A stretch of DNA of 63,737 nt, filler included, from Rhabdomonas costata (GCA_019059605.1; 40 parts of 40 records of this genome joined end to end with filler, not necessarily neighbours in it); one strand, 5' to 3'; shown: positions 37,683-50,672, counted from the whole stretch's first letter. Numbers and translations are program-made. Notes: generated by a model not told the origin, from the sequence alone.

Positions 37683-39917
37683 GTAGGCCTTTGGCTGTGT
37701 TCGCACCGCTTCACTGCCCCGGAAAGAGCGGGACGCATCGGACGTTCATACCGTCGAAGGTATAGGGATGCGGTCCACGTGCCTGCCGGTTGTCTGTCGC
37801 TTGAGTAGCAAGTAATAACGAGGTCGGTGTAATTTTGCAGTTTGCACATTCATCCCGCCCCCGATTTTCGAAATTCGTGATTCAAAATTCTTACGGCATC
37901 CGAAAACGCGCGGCAAGTGCATCTTGGGAATGCGGACCCTTTAAACGTATCCCCTCCTTTGTTGTGGGCTGTTTTATTTCGTCCTTTTTGAGAGGACATA
38001 TAGTAGTATAGTGATCAATAATTACAAAGCAGTTTACAAAAAGAAGCAAAGCGCATCTGCTTTTACGAGACAAAATTTCCATTCCGAGAGAAAAAGGGAA
38101 ATGCGTGATTTGGAGTTCATACAAGCAGATGCGCTTTGCTTCTTTTTGTAAACTGCTTTGTAATTATTGATCACTACTATATGTCCTCTCAAAAAGGACG
38201 AAATAAAACAACCCCCCNNNNNNNNNNNNNNNNNNNNNNNNNNNNNNNNNNNNNNNNNNNNTTAATTAATTAANNNNNNNNNNNNNNNNNNNNNNNNNNN
38301 NNNNNNNNNNNNNNNNNCTGCAAACGAGCCCGCTCTTTCCCTGTGGTAAAAGACCACACTGTAAGGGAACAGTGTACGGGAAATAGACCATACGGGTGTC
38401 CCCACCTCCAATGAAACCATGGAAACTCAACTACAAGGAACCCAGACCCCTTTTCACTGCACGCTTGCGTGAAAATATGCAATCTAAAGTGCTGCGTTCA
38501 GCTCCCCGTTCCTCCCCCACGGCTAGACATTCAGGAGCACAGGGCAAGGCGCCCGGACAATCCTGCGTAGCCCTCGCTTGCTTGGGGAGGTGGAAACATC
38601 CAGACCTGAATCTTGTACTCAAATAGGAACTGCGGGTTCCGCTGCTTGCCGTCTGCACAAAGACCGCAGAGAAGGGGGATCCTCGATCAACTTGTGTGTG
38701 GTCGCTTAACTTAATCCCCGCCCCCTCTTTAAAAGCGTCGTGCCGATCTAATGTGATGCGTTCGATTCTATCCGGGTAAAAAGGGGACAGACAATTGTAT
38801 CATATGAGGTGTGCCATGGTGATGCTATTTGTTCGCACAAGTCTCCTTCCTTTTGTCCGTGAGTCTTTCGTTTGCACCCCTGCAATTGCTAGTACAGCAG
38901 CAGAGATTCGGCGAGTAAAACGGTTTCAATGTGACTGACCAAACGCAAAATTCCAACCAAAGAAGATGCACGGGCACTAACACCAGAGCGGTGTGGGAAG
39001 ACCCACGCCTGCAGCAGGCTGGTGGCCTGAAACACGACCAGGTCACTGTATGAAAAACATTCACCGAAGGGAAGAAAGAGGAGGGCATCGTGCACTCATC
39101 CACACTTCACACTGGGAAGGATGGTGCAGTGCCATAGGCGCAGTGGTTCGATGAACCACCCCGGTGCACTTATCATTACCTAACCATCTCTCTTTTTTAA
39201 GGTTGCTTTCACCACAGCAATCTAAGGGGGAAATAGGACTTCGTCAAAATGTCAACCGAAAAATAATCGCCATCGCTTACCCATATGTGTTGTACCCGAT
39301 GATCTATGTCCTAATGGGCGACTTAGCGCAGAGGGCAGCTGTGCTACCCAAAAGCACAGGAAGGAAACAGCCAGAGCAAATAGGCAAAGAGTAAAAGTGA
39401 AGCATATCTAGAAGCGCATCTGTTTAGTGCCCAAAAACTTGGTGGAATCCACCGGACCAAAAGGTGCACACCTATGCCACACATCGGGAAGCCGTCCCAC
39501 AGAAAACGGGTGCGCTTGTTGAACAGGGTAGCACATCATCGGTCTCGGAAGCTAAGGAAAGAAACGTACAGCTTCTTCCCACACTCCACACCAAAGAGGA
39601 CCACAGAAGGAATTGGGATCCTTTCTTAACCGGACACTGAATGGGAGGAGTGCAATTATCCGGAATCAGCACAGCTGGTTCTCAATAACAGGTTAGTTTC
39701 CATTGACCGCTCTGTCCGACGTGGTTGACGAAAATCCGACAACACCCAAAATAAGACACAAACCACAAACCTCTGGAGAATTCCACACGTCCACAAAAAC
39801 CCCCAGGGTTCCNNNNNNNNNNNNNNNNNNNNNNNNNNNNNNNNNNNNNNNNNNNNTTAATTAATTAANNNNNNNNNNNNNNNNNNNNNNNNNNNNNNNN
39901 NNNNNNNNNNNNGTGGT

Positions 39918-40364
39918 GGGGTTAGGGTAGACAAGACGGAAGCAGCCAAGTGGTACCGAGCGGCCGCCGAGCAAGGACATGTCAGAGCTCAGTTCTGGCT
40001 TGGAGTTTGCTTTGATGAGGGCAAAGGAGTAGTGGCGGACAAGACGGAAGCGGCGAAGTGGTACCGAGCGGCAGCCCAGCAGAACCACACCGGGGCGCTT
40101 TGCCAGCTTGGGGTATGCTATAAGAATGGTGTTGGTGTTGAAAAAGATCTCCGTGTCTCTAGGAAGCTCTGGGATCGGGCCGCACAGCTAGGCAATCGGA
40201 AGGCTGGGCGGCTCCTTGGTTTGAGCTTTTGTGGTCTTGAGGTCAGTGTGGTTATATCATCCGCGTTTTTCTTCTGTGACGACTTGCTTGCATTTGGGGC
40301 TCCATCGAGGTTTTCTTTTCGTGATTTGATCATGAGATCTGATGAGATGCACTTCGTTTCTTGA
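39918..40364 (+). CDS. Sel1-like repeat protein, C-terminal part
   Basis: DKTEAAKWYRAAAEQGHVRAQFWLGVCFDEGKGV.. repeated; LGVCYKNGVGVEKD. Confidence 0.92.
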   Translation, partial: GVRVDKTEAAKWYRAAAEQGHVRAQFWLGVCFDEGKGVVADKTEAAKWYRAAAQQNHTGALCQLGVCYKNGVGVEKDLRVSRKLWDRAAQLGNRKAGRLLGLSFCGLEVSVVISSAFFFCDDLLAFGAPSRFSFRDLIMRSDEMHFVS

Positions 40365-41931
40365 TAAGTTTGCCACCTGTTCCCTTGCGATTTGTTTTTG
40401 GGCATCCATTTACAGGCCAGGTGAGCAATTTGTGTTAATGTACTTTAACGGCCGACGATCTGGTGGACACGGTGAAAATGGCATTCCAGCGGGGCGGACG
40501 AATTGCAGAACCTTTCTTATAACCTTTCGCATAACAGTGCCAAGCAGCTCACAATAAAAAGCGCTAAAATATATTCTGTCAAATAAAATATAATAGAATA
40601 AAATAAAGTACGTTACACCCTAAACTCAGAACCACAGAATTCTTCTTTTTTTCTGCTGTTTTGTGCTTCCCAAGCAGAAAACCTACCCGTGTGAGGACCA
40701 AACTCCACACAACCCGCATGTGTGATGTGGAAGCATTCCCGCTGGGTGCAAAGATCTAAAGTTTTCTTGCGCCTGCGGCACTTAGCAACACAAAACAAGA
40801 CCTTTCCTTGATATGGGTGCGGGCCAAGATGGCAGGGGGAGTCGCGGGACCATATAACATCCTGCTGAAGAAGATGGCAATCATATAGGGTCGGACGACT
40901 TCAGGTTGAAATACGTCACATACGTGCTTCTGAGTTTTGGGGTGTCACTATCCTTATAAAATATATTCTGTGTGGATGAGTATGCCAGCACCCCCTAAAG
41001 GAAGATATTTACCTTGGATAGGTGAATTTTGACAACGTTGACAGCACCCCTCCCCAAAAAAATAATACCAACTGCCACCTCTTCCAGTAAATGCCGCAGT
41101 GCGCATGACGTGACATGCTGTTTTTCTAGAGGGTAATGCAAGGTACATGGGTGCTTCCTGGGACCGTTCGCTGTAATTTTGGAACATTCTAACCCATTCC
41201 CTCACACCCCGATGAGCGTATTTGTTGGAACTTTAAGCGCTAAGTCCCGCCGTCAAAACTCTTTGAGAATTGGACCGCACCAATTTGCCCCAAAAAATAC
41301 GATTTCGAATTTCGGGATTCCCCGAAGCGAACGTCTGTAACAAAAGGCCGAATTTCTGCTAAAGCCTCCGTTTAGGCATGTGCGAAGGGCATTGCACCAC
41401 CAACACANNNNNNNNNNNNNNNNNNNNNNNNNNNNNNNNNNNNNNNNNNNNTTAATTAATTAANNNNNNNNNNNNNNNNNNNNNNNNNNNNNNNNNNNNN
41501 NNNNNNNCCACGGCGCACACTTCCCTCCAGTATGTGTTGAATTGTCCCACAGTGTGCTCATTAAGTCCCAACTCGATCGATATCTGTTTCGGGCTACCCA
41601 CATGTACAACGCATACACCACCTTGCGTGGTTCCGTCTTCAACCCCTTCAAAAAGCAATTTTTTTTCGAAAGTGTCACTATTACACGAGAAGACGACACC
41701 GCTTTCCATAACCACAGGGAAAAATGAGAGAATGGTTCGTTGAAAAAATGAAATCTTTATCATTATCTTTGAATCTTTGAATGTAATGTTTGCAACGGTT
41801 AGACTTGACTGGATCTAGTTGGGATTTTCGCAGATAACTCCTCTTTCTCCATCGCACGGGTGAATTTTAGTTCGAACTGGACGCCATCTCACGACTTCCT
41901 CAAAGTTTTTCTTGATTCTGGTTTTCTACAC

Positions 41932-42643
41932 ATGGGTTTTCGTTTCCCTTACATTTTTATGGTGTCGATACTTGCTTTGGCAACCGTGGTGAGGATGTCG
42001 AGAGTTTCTCGAACAATAAATGTTCCCAAAAACAACTTCACTGTTTCTGACGGCCCGAGCTCTGGTCCCCCTCCAACTCAACTCAACGGCGGGCAATTTG
42101 CCACCAAGGCTGCCCGTCTCCCACTACTCAGTTACAGCGCAACTCTCGCCGACATGTTGCACGACGGTAATTATGCTGAAAACAAAAGCAGCGAAATGGC
42201 CTTTCCTCCCGTGCGTAACCGCAAGGACGAGCGAGAGCGCCTACCAACCCCAGGAACGTTCCTGTCAAAGGATGCAGTCATGCCCTCCCTGCAGCACGTC
42301 TTCAACACGGTGCGCACGGCTCTGGAGCGTGCGGGGGGGCTGGAGGCAAATCACTCTTCCGATATCCCGGTGTTCGCCTACCTGGCCACGAAGTGGGACT
42401 TGCCGCTGCTGCTGTGCTCGCTGGGCCACGTGGACACGGGAGTGGGGCGGTTCGTGGTGGTCGTCAACGAGCCCTCGGCGGTGAGCCGGGTAGTGCTGGG
42501 GGCGTTCCAAGTTGCGTTTGGGGAGCGCTTTCTGGTGTGGTTCAACGTGGTGAACATCGGGGTGTCTGCGAGCTGGAACCGCATCCTTGAGGTTGCGTTT
42601 GAGGGTGCGCACCCAGTGCCGTACGTGCTGATCTCGAATGCCG
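41932..42643 (+). CDS. Type II membrane GT-A glycosyltransferase resembling trypanosomatid beta-galactofuranosyltransferases; first exon
   Basis: N-terminal TM, then IPVFAY..LLLCSL..FVVVVN..NIGVSASWNRILE..VPYVLISNA(D); phase-1 GTGCGT donor at 42644. Confidence 0.7.
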
Positions 42644-43399
42644 GTGCGTGTATATGTGCGTGAGCTTTAGTCTGTTTTCCCCGCCCCCTGCCTTGTAATA
42701 GTGAGGTCAAAAAGACGATAGTGTTTACTATCACTTTTTAAATGACGATAGTGACCAGAAAGAGTCGATAGTGTTCACTATCAACAATTTCTGCGCACTA
42801 TCGTCTTTTTCCCGTAACTGTCGTCTTTTGTATGTGTTTTGAATCTGGAAAATTACCAGGGTTCACATTTTTACCCAGTGTCTTTTGGGATATCACTGGT
42901 GGGGATTCATCATATGGTGCGGAGGCCAGCACCCGCGGCGGGCAGTCCGCGGCGCGGCGGAAGCGGGTGCTGGCCTCCGCACCATATGATGAAACCCCAC
43001 CCNNNNNNNNNNNNNNNNNNNNNNNNNNNNNNNNNNNNNNNNNNNNTTAATTAATTAANNNNNNNNNNNNNNNNNNNNNNNNNNNNNNNNNNNNNNNNNN
43101 NNGGGGTTGGGGTTAGGGCGCTCCGCACGCCAAATCAGTCGTCTTTGTTCCCTGCGAACGCCAAAAGGCACAAAGACGACTGATTTGGCGTGCGGAGCGC
43201 CCTAGCCCTCACCGCTAGCGCACATTCACATTGAGGAGCCGCCAAAGCCGATGTTGACCGCTGAGGTCCGCAAAGTCGATCTGACAATACAGTTCCCCCG
43301 GATCACGTGCGATTACGAGCTTTCAGTTATGTGACCCCAGCTGCGCGTGCGAACGTCTGGCCGCCTAGTGCCTAGTTGTCGGGACGGCTGGCGGTTACT

Positions 43400-44597
43400 T
43401 GCGGCGAGCCCTCCAACGTGGACAACATGAGTTTGCTGGGCGTACGGGATGTTGTTTGTTATTATATTCAATTGAGCGCCAACAGCTTGCATGGAATACA
43501 ATGCCAGGAGCTCGGTAGGTTGTTTGCGGAGAGCCATCCACCGTGATCCAGAGATAGTGTGGAAGTCAATTCCATTTTATAGCCACCACATTGCTCTCTG
43601 AAGGATGCGTAGTGCTTCAGCAGATGGCATGCGGAGTGCTGTCTGAGGAGCAAGTCAGAGGTCGAGTACTGCTGGTACATCATTGTATAATTATACACCA
43701 TCAACAGAAGCCCCGCGCCATCGGATATTGGACAGTTCCAAAAGACGTCACAGACTTCAGGAGCTTCCTGGGTCTGTGACGTCTCGAATTCTTCTTTGGC
43801 GTCTACAACTTCGACAAGGAGAGGCTAGCCGGTGATCACAGTGACGAGCAAGGAATGGCTTGCGCAGCTGAACTCCAACTGGGCCTTTGTGTATCGTTCC
43901 AGGTACCATGAACTGGCAATCGCAGGAACAAGCACTGAGATTTCCACTGTATTCCAATTCCACGTCTCACCAAAAGCAAGCCGTGAATCAGTACTTCCAA
44001 TATCACGATGCGCCTGCTGAACGTGATGTGGACATGAATTTATAGGAACAAAACCCGCAGTAGGACCTCAATGCCTTCATGAGGACGACCCATTTGTGGT
44101 GTATTCATTTCAGTGTGTCATATGAGACGATTCTACATCAATTGGTGTGTTTTGATTAGGAGGTAATTGTGCTTTAGCTCCCACACTACACACCGGAAGA
44201 GGCTGCTCCACTTCCAGTGTGGAAGCAATGCATGTGATTGGTACTATCCAGCGACTTTGCGCCGCTCGCACAGCTGTTTAGTTCACTTCTAGTGTCCAAG
44301 TTGTGGACCGCGATCTGAATAAGTATGACCGTTCCACGCTCATGAAGATTGCATGGGAACCGCATCCCAGCTTTGGAAGTGGGAAATATGTGATGCTGTG
44401 TCCCATACTGTTCATGGAACTCTGCCAGAACTTTGATATGGTCATGGTCATATGATCAATTGTACTATTCTGCATATCAGTAGAACCGGAAGGCCCAGGG
44501 CTACAACTCTTTCAACCACCATTGGGTACCGGACAAAATCCTTTTTTAAAAATGCTTGCTTACCGATACTTGCTTAATTGGAAGACAGTGGCACGTT
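43400..44597 (+). mobile_element. Decayed Ty3/Gypsy pol relic (RT to integrase)
   Basis: APTACMEYN, AIGYWTVPKDVTDFRSFLGL, PLPVW, VVDRDLNKY and RLHG in canonical order, with stops and frameshifts. Confidence 0.7.
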
Positions 44598-44783
44598 NNN
44601 NNNNNNNNNNNNNNNNNNNNNNNNNNNNNNNNNNNNNNNNNTTAATTAATTAANNNNNNNNNNNNNNNNNNNNNNNNNNNNNNNNNNNNNNNNNNNNTTT
44701 TTTGGGGTTGGTGGAAGCCGACAGGTTTTATATTAACAACTTAGCATGAAGAAAGGAGATCAAAGAAGAAGAAGCAAAGGCAC

Positions 44784-45932
44784 CCGAAGGCAGCCAGGCC
44801 GGCCCCCTCAATCCGAGTCGTGCCCTCGGGAGCCCCCTCCTTGACTCCAATGGCTGTACAATGTACAGGCGCGCACGCGGAGACATGTGACAGATATGCG
44901 ACAGCTATCACTGGGGCCACTTCGTGCACTTAGCAGGAGGAATCCTGTACCCTAAGCAAGCAGCCCCGTCCGAGAGCGTTGGCTCCGGATGCAGGCCGGT
45001 GGAGGTAAAAGTCCCAGGACGCTGGAAATACGTAAGGCGCAAACAGACATTCAAGATGTCAAAACCAGATAAATCCAGAGGCCGTGAAGTTGACAGTAAA
45101 CTTAACTTAGGAAAACTACTGTTCCACCAAGTTAACCCCCCTACCGGTCAGATTATCTTACAATATTGCGGTGGACACTTTTATTTGGCAAACTTATGAG
45201 GCTCTCGTTTGGTGTGCCTTTTTGTGCAAAAAATGAGACACTTTCGGACTTACTAGAGGTTTTTCGGGGGAGAAAAAACTACACTGAGCTACAAAAAGGT
45301 GGTGACCTCTTTGTTCTGGAAAGCATACCCCAAAAGCATTGTCAGCCGAGCTCGTTTGTATCCCAAAACACCTCAAAGCACCAAAGAACTTCGCCCTTAT
45401 CATGATTTGAGTCATTTTCAAGCCCAGTTTTAACAATTCTTGGTCTGAATTGGTGTTTTCAGGAGTTTTACATGGGAGAAACTGGTGTTTGGTGCGCACC
45501 AGACCAGATTGCTCAGAATCCTACTTTTTGAATTCGCCAAATAAAAGTGTCCACCGCGATATTATACCACGATATCCGGTCCCGGGGAAAAGAGAGCCCA
45601 AGTGAGTGGTTCACCCCTAACCCCCATTTCAGGGGTGGCCCCTGGCGACTGGTGTTGCTCCGGAGGCCGGCAGCGGACAATATGATGCGGAGAGGGAGTT
45701 CGTGGACACAGCCCACACAAGGCCTGCATCGCACGCAGATTAATTCCGAGAGAGACTGGCGACAACACGCACGAGAAATCAGGCTCGAGCGGTGCCCAAA
45801 GTTTGGTGGGAACGGGGAGGGTGAGAAGGACGAACCTCTGTACTTCTCAAACAATTCGGTGAGCTTGCTGTCCTCGGCGTGCGGCTCGGGCTCCACAGAA
45901 TGGTCCGAGGAGAAGAAGAAGTTTAGTGCAGC
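44784..45932 (-). CDS. DCN1-like (cullin neddylation) protein; exons 45932-45836 and 44853-44784
   Basis: AALNFFF...EDSKLTELFEKYR|AIG...RIEGAGLAAFG; phase-1 GT-AG intron. Confidence 0.6.
45162..45563. mobile_element. Intronic MITE with 31-bp TIRs
   Basis: AATATTGCGGTGGACACTTTTATTTGGCAAA versus TTCGCCAAATAAAAGTGTCCACCGCGATATT (2 mismatches); no ORF. Confidence 0.85.
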
Positions 45933-46396
45933 CTTTATTGTTGCGCCCCGAGGGGTGGAGAAAGTCAAGCGAAACCTTTCTCCACGAAGTGTACAATGGC
46001 CCGCAACCTCAAAAGTGAGAGCACGGCGAGTTGTACCTTAAGTTTTTGGCATTATAATTGCATAGCGAAAGAAGTATGTTACAACAAAAAAAGCAACCGT
46101 CCCGAATACACGGTAGAATACACAGCCTTTGAAATCTTCAGGGATGGTAAAACAAGTACACAACGAAAAGAATCAATAGCGAAACCACAACCNNNNNNNN
46201 NNNNNNNNNNNNNNNNNNNNNNNNNNNNNNNNNNNNTTAATTAATTAANNNNNNNNNNNNNNNNNNNNNNNNNNNNNNNNNNNNNNNNNNNNGGGTGGTT
46301 TTTTCGACCGGCTGACAGAAAAATAGGCCCTATGTTCATTTTTGTTTGAAAGGATGTCTTGAGCACGGACTATTTTACATTCGGTATTCGTCATAG

Positions 46397-47731
46397 GAGG
46401 GAGAGGATCTGAAGCTGAAGCTCACAGACACGCTGTGGGCCAACGAGAACACAGCAGTGCCTGCGGAGGACCCCAAGACGCAGGCCATGATGGATTCACA
46501 GATCCTTCTGTACGAGCTGATGCCCAGGCCTCGCCGCCCGGAGCCCATCCTGGTGTGTGTGTGTGTGTTTGATGGATTTGTGGGGAAAACCTTTTGTGTC
46601 AAGGGTGTTGCCCATTCGAAGTCTCTGAACGAACACCTTTACTTTTGAGGAAGTTCACTTCGGACTTCGGAGTGGGGAGCGCTGGGGGTGGAGGCGCACC
46701 ATTGCGTCTGTACACTGCACACATGCATACGGCGCCACCACGATACGGTTGGGTTTTCCTCGTGGCTCGTTAGGTTTTTTGTTGCGGGGGGTGGGGGGTG
46801 AGACCACCTTTGATTAGCTGCTTAGGTTATATTTGGTTGGTCTTCGCGTGACCCAGCTGTTTTCTTCGTCTTTTCTGCTATAAATGGGTGCATGGATTTC
46901 ATGCCGGCGTCCCACAAAGATACACCCCCCCCCCCAGAAAAAAATTCCATCACGCATGCATGGGCTGGAAAACTTGTACTCCAATTGTGTGTGTATGTGT
47001 ATGGGTTGGTGCAGAACCTGAAGCACTACCAGGCCCAAGCCTCCGGAAGCCTGCCAGCATCCTCCTCCTCCACTAACCCGTTTACTTGCTCGTACACCCA
47101 CGTCTTCACTGTCCCTGGGTCGGTGCTGCTCCCGCAAGGTGCGTGCCTGTTGTACTTCTCCTCCCTGCGGGATCCCTCCCCCTCACCACCACCCGGAAAG
47201 CAGGGTTCGCCCTGTGGAACGAGAAATAGGTTTCGCCTGCAACTGGGTTTGGTAAAAGCAACCCCCCCCCCGATTCGCAAGTACTTTTAACGATGCCCCA
47301 TCAGCACAGTTGATCCTGTGGTGGCGATACCTTCCGGTGTGCGAGGAGGCTGCAGTATCCCCTTTGAGTTGTGGGTGCTTCTTTTTTTACAGGCGGGACG
47401 GATGAGCGTGTGGCGGTCTTCTTTAGCGTGTTCTCTCAACCCGGCCCCACAGGGGCCGCTGCTGGTATGGCGTACCTTCTCGCTTCCCCTCCTTTCCCAT
47501 CCCCCTTCCTATCCATCCATGGACACCCCGTAGGCACCCACTCACAGACCTCACCTCTTTTCAAAGTAGTTCTTACTCCATCTCATCTCCCTCACAGTAT
47601 TCTCACCGCCTGGACCGCTCTTATTTCATTGGTTGGTTTGTGATTCCCTTTCAGCTGACGAAGCGGCAGATGGCGCTGGTCAGCAGCCGTGGGTCCTGGG
47701 CCCGTGGGAGGGTCATTTTCTTGTCATACAA
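46397..47731 (+). CDS. Unknown protein; four exons 46397-46552, 47015-47138, 47393-47464, 47655-47731
   Basis: All junctions are GT-AG with consistent phases (0, 1, 1) and give an open spliced frame. Confidence 0.7.
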
Positions 47732-48393
47732 GTCCCTCCGACTCCCTCGTATGCAGCACTCCCCTCCCCCGGCCGCAACGTGTCCCTNNNNNNNNNNNNN
47801 NNNNNNNNNNNNNNNNNNNNNNNNNNNNNNNTTAATTAATTAANNNNNNNNNNNNNNNNNNNNNNNNNNNNNNNNNNNNNNNNNNNNTTGTTTTTGATTC
47901 CACGCATCAGCACTTCCCAGTGCTCTCTCATTGTCTCTTCAGGTGGGTCTGCTGCAGAGCCTCCTCCGCGACGGGTTCAGCTCACCCGGGTGCAGGGCTG
48001 CCAGGAAGTCAATCCCCCAGCCATGTTTCAGGAGCCTTCGCGGCAGAGGAGGCAGAGACAGTCCGCCCTCACGTGGGTGTGTGTGGGAGGGTTCACGGCC
48101 ACCTCGGCTTTTGTGTGTTTCCTTTTTTGTTTTGAAAAGTAGCGCTACGCCTGGAACCTGTTGAGTCTTTTCGACTGCCCACATCGCCTCCTGAAACGCT
48201 GCAACCGGTTTAACATTAGCCCTTTGTGCAGGGTTTGATAATTCCCAAACGAAGAAATCAAGCTTCGTTTTAGTTTTAGGGACAGTATTGGGAGGGGAGG
48301 GGGCGCCGACGGTGAGTTTGCCTTAATGGCCCGGCTACTGCTGCTGACTTATTTTTTGGCTGATTTGGTCTTCTCACTGCACGCGTACCGCAG

Positions 48394-49214
48394 ACCAAAT
48401 GCGAGAGTTTGGGGTTGACTTGCCTGCTTCACTGCTCTTTCCTCTGCTCCATTGGTTGGGGTCTGGGGTTCAGTCCCTCACCGAGGCGGACTGCTTGAAG
48501 TTGCAGCGGTTCCACCTTACTTGGGACTGTGTGCGGTGCCCGTGCACCTTTGTGGATGCGGAGACCCTGGCGATCCACCAGGAGCTCTACCACGGTCCCC
48601 CAAAGCCCGAGGGTGCGCACATCGCTGGGGGCTGGGGCTTCACGTAGACCTCCAGTCCACGAAATGGCGAATACCAATACTTCTTTGTTCCTGTTGTTGT
48701 ATGTTGCTCTGGGCGCAAGGGTTGTGAAGTGTAATGTGGCGCTTGTCTTGTCCTTTTATTTACTGTGGAACTCAATTCAGGGTAAGGAGAGGGGGAGGGG
48801 GTCGGACGGTGTGGCATCATGGTGTGAGCCATCCAACATGTTTTGTAAGCTGTTCCTTTCGTGAGCACTCGTCCATCTTTAGTTGCGGGAATTTCATCTG
48901 GGCTGGAGGCGCTCGGCAGATTGGCAATGGGATTTGGAGGGCTGCGCGGCGTCTGCTCACTTTATATAAGGTGCCTCACCCGTCGCGCGTGTTTCCACTT
49001 TGTGATAGACCAGGGCAAGCCCCCGCTGAACCCGATGCTGTTCTGCCAGTTCTGCTGCACGGGGTTCCCCAGTGAGTCCTCCGCTCTTGCCCACAAGCGG
49101 TCCAAGCACGCCGAGCTGCTGGAGGCCGCCGTGGAGATGCAGACCCTGGAGCAGCTCGGGGTAGTACCCCGGCTTCAGGTCTGGGCATGGAAGAGCCAGG
49201 TCGGCCTGCCTCAG
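48394..49214 (+). CDS. C2H2 zinc-finger protein; exons ending at 48612 and 49009-~49214
   Basis: WDCVRCPCTFVDAETLAIHQELYH and LFCQFCCTGFPSESSALAHKRSKH; phase-1 GT-AG intron 48613-49008. Confidence 0.75.
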
Positions 49215-50480
49215 GTATGCACCCTCACCACTTGTGAGCCCAAAATTCAGAGCATCTCTGGCTTCTACTGAGGTGTTTGTTTCGTGGACCATTGGACAAT
49301 TTGAGTTGTTGTTTCAACAAGAGATACAGGAGGGCTTTCCCACGTTGAACACTTGGGCTCAGAAAGTTACACCCCCCCCACANNNNNNNNNNNNNNNNNN
49401 NNNNNNNNNNNNNNNNNNNNNNNNNNTTAATTAATTAANNNNNNNNNNNNNNNNNNNNNNNNNNNNNNNNNNNNNNNNNNNNGTGGGGGTGGCGTCTTCC
49501 AAACGGGTCCCCCTGGGGGATGACCGCAACCTCGCGAAGCCCCCAGGGGGACCCGTTTGGAAGACGCCACCCTCGCCACTCCACATTCCATTGGGTGTAC
49601 CGACACTCCCCCTCGTCCACGGTAGCGAACAGATCGCATAGATCTTTTGTGGCGAGCCGCACACCCTTCCCAGCTGCTCGACAGGTCAACGCCAATGGCA
49701 GTACACAGGAGACGTGTGGGAGGTAAAGCGCGATCACGGAAACCACGTAGGGATTTCCAAAGACCTCCATAATTAGAAGGGGAGCGAGGGGGTAAAGACA
49801 CCTAAAAAGAAAACAAAAAAGAAAAAAAAGAACCAAACACAATCACCACCTTTGAATACTATAGCAGAATTTTGGGCTTCGCGGAAATCCACGCTCAGCC
49901 ATGTGGCGGCTACCACCTCCCCTATCAACCCGATCTGGTCACATAAACGACATCCCTAGTATGCCCAATTCATGTGTCGCACGTCATGTTTCATTGTGCT
50001 TATGTGACATATATAATTGGTGCCACAGCACCGTAAAGTGGAAGCCTACCGCGTATTCTCTTACAAAGGCGAAGCAAATGCACAAATATAAGGTTTCAAA
50101 GGGGCCCAAACCCGCTTTTGAGCTTCCAAAAGGGCCGAAAGTCCCCCCATTTTCCAGGCTTCCGGAACCCCAAACCTGATACATTACCCACTAATCCCCC
50201 CCAAAACGAAAATGCTCTGATGTTATGATGAAAATCAACCACCATCGACGACAAATTCGCTGATTCATTGCTTTTTTTTTGAAGGATAAAGTCCGAGTGC
50301 GACACCACATGTGAGAAGATGACGACCACCAAAAAAATGCTCATGCGTCAACGAAACAAACACCTAAACAAAGAAACAGAGAAGGAGCCCACCCTTTCCT
50401 TTCCTTTCAATGGACATAGAATGTCCTCGTTAAAAACGTGTCTGTGAGGCGCATAATGGCACGGTGTTGTGGCCAAGCCC

Positions 50481-50672
50481 TCAGCACTGGGCGGCCCCCT
50501 CGGCCTCCTCCTCCTCCTGCAAAACAATGACCACACAGTTCGATGCCAAGGCTTGCTCCGAAGTCAGCTGGTGCCCGTCCCACTGCAAGGCCTCGTCGTC
50601 ACCCCGGAGTGTACTGGAGTGCACCATGCACAGGTTGGTGACGCGGAAACAGGTGCTGGGGGGCAGCAGAAC
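50481..50672 (-). CDS. Last exon of an ART-family (R-S-E) ADP-ribosyltransferase-domain protein
   Basis: CAG|VLLPPSTCFRVTNL...VVIVLQE..* matches the (E.E)VL.PP...F.V motif. Confidence 0.55.
   Translation of the reverse strand, partial: VLLPPSTCFRVTNLCMVHSSTLRGDDEALQWDGHQLTSEQALASNCVVIVLQEEEEAEGAAQC

Noticed and set aside
37970..38210. Inverted repeat of about 90 bp with a 5-nt indel
   Set aside because: Contig-terminal with a primer-like end; the indel sits in a slippage-prone TAG repeat, so probably a chimera
39120..39160. A-box/B-box-like motifs (TGGTGCAGTG...GGTTCGA)
   Set aside because: Spacing is too short and no cloverleaf forms; not a supportable tRNA or SINE
42899..43205. Hairpins at the end of one contig (42899-43000) and the start of the next (43114-43205)
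   Set aside because: Both are terminal fold-backs on unrelated contigs
49487..49573. GC-rich hairpin resembling a terminator or ncRNA
   Set aside because: Contig-start fold-back with G/T primer bases
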